Source: Chiloscyllium plagiosum (Eukaryota). Taken from it: a stretch of 39,931 nucleotides of DNA. The notes beneath the pieces are model-generated. The model did no database searches, was not told where the DNA came from, and worked only from the letters and a program-made list of their open reading frames with translations. The stretch is taken from assembly GCF_004010195.1 (NCBI RefSeq), contig NC_057749.1, forward strand, positions 14,787,429 to 14,827,359, read 5' to 3'. The stretch's first letter is position 1, and each line of letters starts with the position of its first letter. Positions 36,093 to 39,931 of the stretch are shown in pieces. A program made the position numbers and the translations under genes.

Positions 36093-36300
36093 TGGATTAG
36101 CTCAGACGTTTGGGTGATGGGTTTGTGATGCAGAGCGATACCAACAGCAGGGGTTCTTGCACGGCCTGAGGTGACCGTGAAGGACTCTCCGTCTCCATCT
36201 CTCCCCTCACCTGAGGCGTGGTGACCCTCAGGTAAAACCGCCACCAGACGTCTCTCACTAATTGGAGAGCAGCCCCAAGGTCTGGTCAGACTGTGGTGCC
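36093..36300 (+). mobile_element. tRNA-derived SINE with a structured 3' half
   Basis: A-box-like tagctcag. Homologous to 23975-24305 (minus) and to a partial copy at about 11935-12012 (minus). Confidence 0.7.
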
Positions 36301-36321
36301 TCTTCATTGCCTTTTATTCCA

Positions 36322-36670
36322 GTCCCTTTCATGGGATGCGTGGGTGTCCCTGACAAGACAGCAGATGTTGCCTGTCCCCAATTGGCCTTGAACTGAGTGG
36401 ACCCAAATCAGAGGGCAGGTAAGAGTCAACCGCATTTGCTGGGGGTCTGGACTTACATGTGAGGTCAGACCGGGTGAAGGTGGCAGATTTCCTTCCCTGA
36501 AGGGTTTCAGGGAACATGATGAGTGTTTACAATGCTCGATGATTGTTGTTGTCATTGTCATCACTGAGATGGCCAAATGTCATTGGCAGAGTCTGGATCC
36601 CAGCGGCTGCTGTGGTGAGAGCCGAACCCTTATCCCCAGACCGTTTATCAGGGCCTCTGGAATACTGTGA
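36322..36670 (-). mobile_element. SINE of the 23388-23660 family
   Basis: taagagtcaaccgcatttgctgggggtctggacttacatgt...ggcagatttccttccc. Confidence 0.7.
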
Positions 36671-36910
36671 GTGACAATTCCAATACACCGTAGACTTCCA
36701 TAAGTTTCCATCTTCCTGCATACCCACTTTGGAACATTGTCTTGAACCCATTGTTGACGAGGGTTTAACATTTTCAGTGTGTTTCGTTGCTCAAATTCCT
36801 TTCCCAGGACTTTGACTCTGTCCAGACTGAGATTCATCCCAAGCTTGGGATGTAGTTCCAGGGATTGTCCAGACCAGGTTAGCCGGTTTGGAGCTGGCAA
36901 TCCCGACACG

Positions 36911-37121
36911 TGTCAAGGTGGTGCTGGAAAAGCCCAGCAGGTCAGGCAGCGTCCGAGCAGCAGGAGAGTCAACATTTTGGGTATGAGCCCTTCATCAGGA
37001 ATTCCTGATGGAGGGCCCATGCTGGAAACATCGAGTCTCCTGCTCCTCGGATGCTGCCTGACCTACTGTGCTTTTCCAGCACTACACTCTCGACTCTGAT
37101 CTTCAGTCCTCACTGTTCTCC
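36911..37121. mobile_element. Head-to-head palindromic hammerhead-family element
   Basis: 84-nt inverted arms (36918-37001 and 37002-37085) centred on CATCAGGAATTCCTGATG. Each arm is homologous to 2025-2120 and 22059-22183. Confidence 0.85.
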
Positions 37122-37254
37122 CAACCTTGACACATGGCCTTGGGCGTTAGGAGTGGGAGGAAACCAGTCAGATTTCCCCTTGTTAATGTTTGTCCAACAC
37201 AGTCCACCTCTTCCTCCATTGCTCCAGTGAAAGAAACACCAGAACAATTTCAGG

Positions 37255-37640
37255 GTTGAGAAATGGATGGATTGGAGGTGCTGGGGGTTATCTTTGGAGC
37301 AGGGGAGATTGAGAGGAGATTTGACTGAAGTGTTTGATTCTAGAGGCACCTGGAGTGTGTGGATGAGTGGAAACTGTTCCCATTGGTGGAAGGAATGAGA
37401 GAGCTCAGATGTAAGGTAAATGATGAAAACAACAATGGAGATCGGAGGAAGGGAGTGTGCAGCGAGCGTCAAGGATCTGAAAAGCACTTCCCAACAATGG
37501 AAAGGGGAGGCAGGTTCAATCGAAGCTTTCAGGAATGAGCTGGATAATATTCTAGGGAAGAATGGGCAGGGTAATTGCTCATTGGGAGAGCAGGCACAGG
37601 CATGATGGGTGGAAAGGCCTGCCCTTACATTGTAACAATT
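37255..37640 (+). mobile_element. Old CR1 3' end
   Basis: ggagcaggggagattgagaggagatttgactgaagtgttt...gaggcaggttcaatcgaagctttc...gatgggtggaaaggcct. Confidence 0.65.
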
Positions 37641-38169
37641 CCGTGTGCTAGCTTGTTGATGTTCCCTGTCAGGGTTTGAGCGTAGTTCTGGTTGTTTGTG
37701 GGCTATGTGGGAATCAGTGGAGGAACCGCTCTGTCTGCAGCAAGTAACTGCCTTCAGGACAACGCGGACCAGAAAATGAGATTGCACCAGCTGCCAGCTT
37801 AATCTGAGCTCAATTTATTAACAACGCCATCAGTGTTTCCCCTCAATGTCTGCAAGCAGCGCCAAACAATTCGGGATGAAATATGCTGTTAAAAATTTGA
37901 GAAATGATTGTGCATCTACAGATTAGTAAGCCCTCGCACTCTGACTCATGTCGTTGGAGTCTGTTTCCTGGAATGAGAAAACAGGATCAGAAGTGTGAAA
38001 ACTGTTCCAGTTTTAAAAATGCTTCCCATTCCTTTTATTGCTGGAAACTGCACCTCAGATGCTGTGAGTCACTGGGAAGTTCAGGCCGTGTGGGGTGGTG
38101 GATGGTGCACGCTCACTCTCACCTCTTGTCCTGAACCTCTGTCATTTCAAACCCACATTTCCCAAAGTA

Positions 38170-38870
38170 CCGGGTGCAGGCAGAAGCTCCAGGTGCAGCA
38201 CCAAATGCTGACCTGTTGGAGGTGCTGTCTTTCAGGTGAGATACCATTGCCAGGCACCACACCCCCTCTGATCATCCTGTCTGTGAGCTCAGTCCAATAG
38301 CACGCTCTACTAAAGATGGGCAATTCTTTGGCTGGTTACGGGGAGAAAGCGGGAGAATGGTGTTGAATGGCAGAGCAGATTCGATGGGACAAATGGCCTA
38401 ACTTCTGCTCCGACGTCTTATCGTCCTAAATCTACTCCTGTCTTATTTTGCGACGATGCCCCTAGTTCTACTTTCACCCGCCAGTGGAAACGACCTCCCT
38501 GCTTCTGCCTTAGGGAAGGGAGTGCCACTTCTTCGGAAGACATGCCTATATTTCAGAAACGGGTGTGGACCTGAAGTGTACGCCACAGCTCTCCGACCCC
38601 ACCTCCAAACCTCCGCAGCACTTTGTCAAAGCTGAAGGCAAGTTCTTCCTGAGGGTCCTTGCTCCTGTTTATTTTCACTTACAATCCTGCACCAAAAAGA
38701 AACACACCCTCTGGTGGTGGTTTTCACGTTGCTCTCTGTGGGATCTTGCTGTGCACATATTGTCTGCTACAATTTCGCTCTTTCTGACCACGCTTCAAAA
38801 GCAAAAGGGGTTGTTTGGTCATAAAGCTCTTTGGTGTGTCCTGAGGGTTTTATATAAATGCAAGTTGTTC
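38170..38870 (+). mobile_element. Decayed DeuSINE-like element, interrupted by CR1 tail pieces (about 38335-38510)
   Basis: tgttggaggtgctgtctttcaggtgaga; gttgctctctgtgggatcttgctgtgcacata; tail gtcctgagg...tatataaatgcaagtt. Confidence 0.6.
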
Positions 38871-39444
38871 TGCCCTCTTCTTGGAGAGCAGTTTCTAACC
38901 ATGGCCTGGCCTTTGACCCCTTAACTCAATCCAGAGTTGGTTGGGGAGCTCCCTGTGTAAACTAGAAACACTGTCTCTGAGGGTCACTCATTAAAAGCTG
39001 ATTTATTTATGATGGGAATGAGGCTCGAGTGTTATTTATTGTGGAGTCTCTTCACAGTTGGCAGCTGCTTCCTTCGGTCACCTGTCACGTTAATTAGTTG
39101 GGAAGATGTATCAGAGTTGGGCAGGAAGGGACTGAGCGGGGTCAGGGGTCCTTCCAGACTGGCGTTCGCTTTGGGCAAGGTCCCTGACTCAGCCACAAAC
39201 TGCAGTGATTAATGTGAGTCCCTGGGTAGGTATGGGACAGAGAGGGGAGTGCCAACTGACGGTTCTGATTTCTCTCTCTCTCTCTGTCCTCTCCCCCTTC
39301 CCCGGCCCTTCCCTGGAGTTTCATAGAGAAACACTTCAGTAGGGGAGGGGCTGGTGTGGTCCGCTGCAGATCAGGGCCATCCTCTAGACACACACACACT
39401 CAGTTGAAATCGTGATGCTCCCTGGTGTACATTTTTGCACTCTT

Positions 39445-39692
39445 CCCCCCCCCCCCCCCCCCCCCCCCCCCCAACTATTTTATTCCCTCACTCTCTCACA
39501 CACTGTACTGTCTCACTCTTGCTCACGTTTCATTTCTTTCACTTGTGCTGTCTCTCACTCTCTTACTCATGTACTCTTCCTCTTGCTGACTCTCTGTCTC
39601 ATGCGATCTCACTCTCACTCTCTTTTTTGTTCACGCTGTCCCTCTCAGGCACTCTCACCTTCTTTCCCTCTCACCGTCTCTCTCTCTCTCGC
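39445..39692. repeat. Poly-C run followed by a CT/CA-rich low-complexity tract
   Basis: Directly visible in the sequence. Confidence 0.9.
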
Positions 39693-39931
39693 ACATAGAA
39701 CATAGAAGAATACAGCGCAGTACAGGCCCTTCGGCCCTCGATGTTGCGCCGATCCAAGCCCACCTAACCTACACTAGCCCACTATCCTCCATATGCCTAT
39801 CCAATGCCCGCTTAAATGCCCATAATGAGGGAGAGTCCACCACTGCTACTGGCAGGGCATTCCATGAACTCACGACTCGCTGAGTAAAGAACCTACCCCT
39901 AACATCTGTCCTATACCTACCAACCCTTAAT
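39693..39931 (-). mobile_element. Young CR1 LINE 3' end, running off the window edge
   Basis: Tail acatagaacatagaa; caggcccttcggccctcg; ggcagggcattccatg (WNALP on the minus strand). CpGs retained. Confidence 0.88.

Noticed and set aside
37110..37787. 225-aa minus-strand ORF
   Set aside because: It is largely antisense to a decayed CR1 fragment and has no recognisable protein motif.
1..39931. CRISPR array, operon or prokaryotic defence system
   Set aside because: No regularly spaced repeat-spacer array and no gene-dense region. The content is vertebrate intronic DNA.

Overview
This is eukaryotic genomic DNA from a cartilaginous fish; the SINE/LINE repertoire points to a shark, possibly a bamboo-shark-like species (inference). 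Almost the whole window appears to be intron of an SH2-domain adapter gene, most like SHF. Only one coding exon is recognisable (33485-33703, + strand, phase 1-1). The rest is dense with decayed retroelements: CR1- and L2-clade LINE fragments, HE1/V-SINEs, DeuSINE-like and other tRNA-derived SINEs, two solo-LTR-like copies and Penelope-like remnants. There are also simple repeats and a 217-N assembly gap. The most interesting signal is a set of short, ORF-less insertions carrying the core of a minimal type I hammerhead ribozyme (CUGANGA-stem II-GAAAC-GUC). Several have target-site duplications (TSDs), and two are head-to-head palindromes. Hammerheads are known in Penelope-like elements, so novelty and catalytic activity are unproven. 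Repeat family names come from recalled consensus sequences rather than a database search, and many repeat boundaries are approximate.
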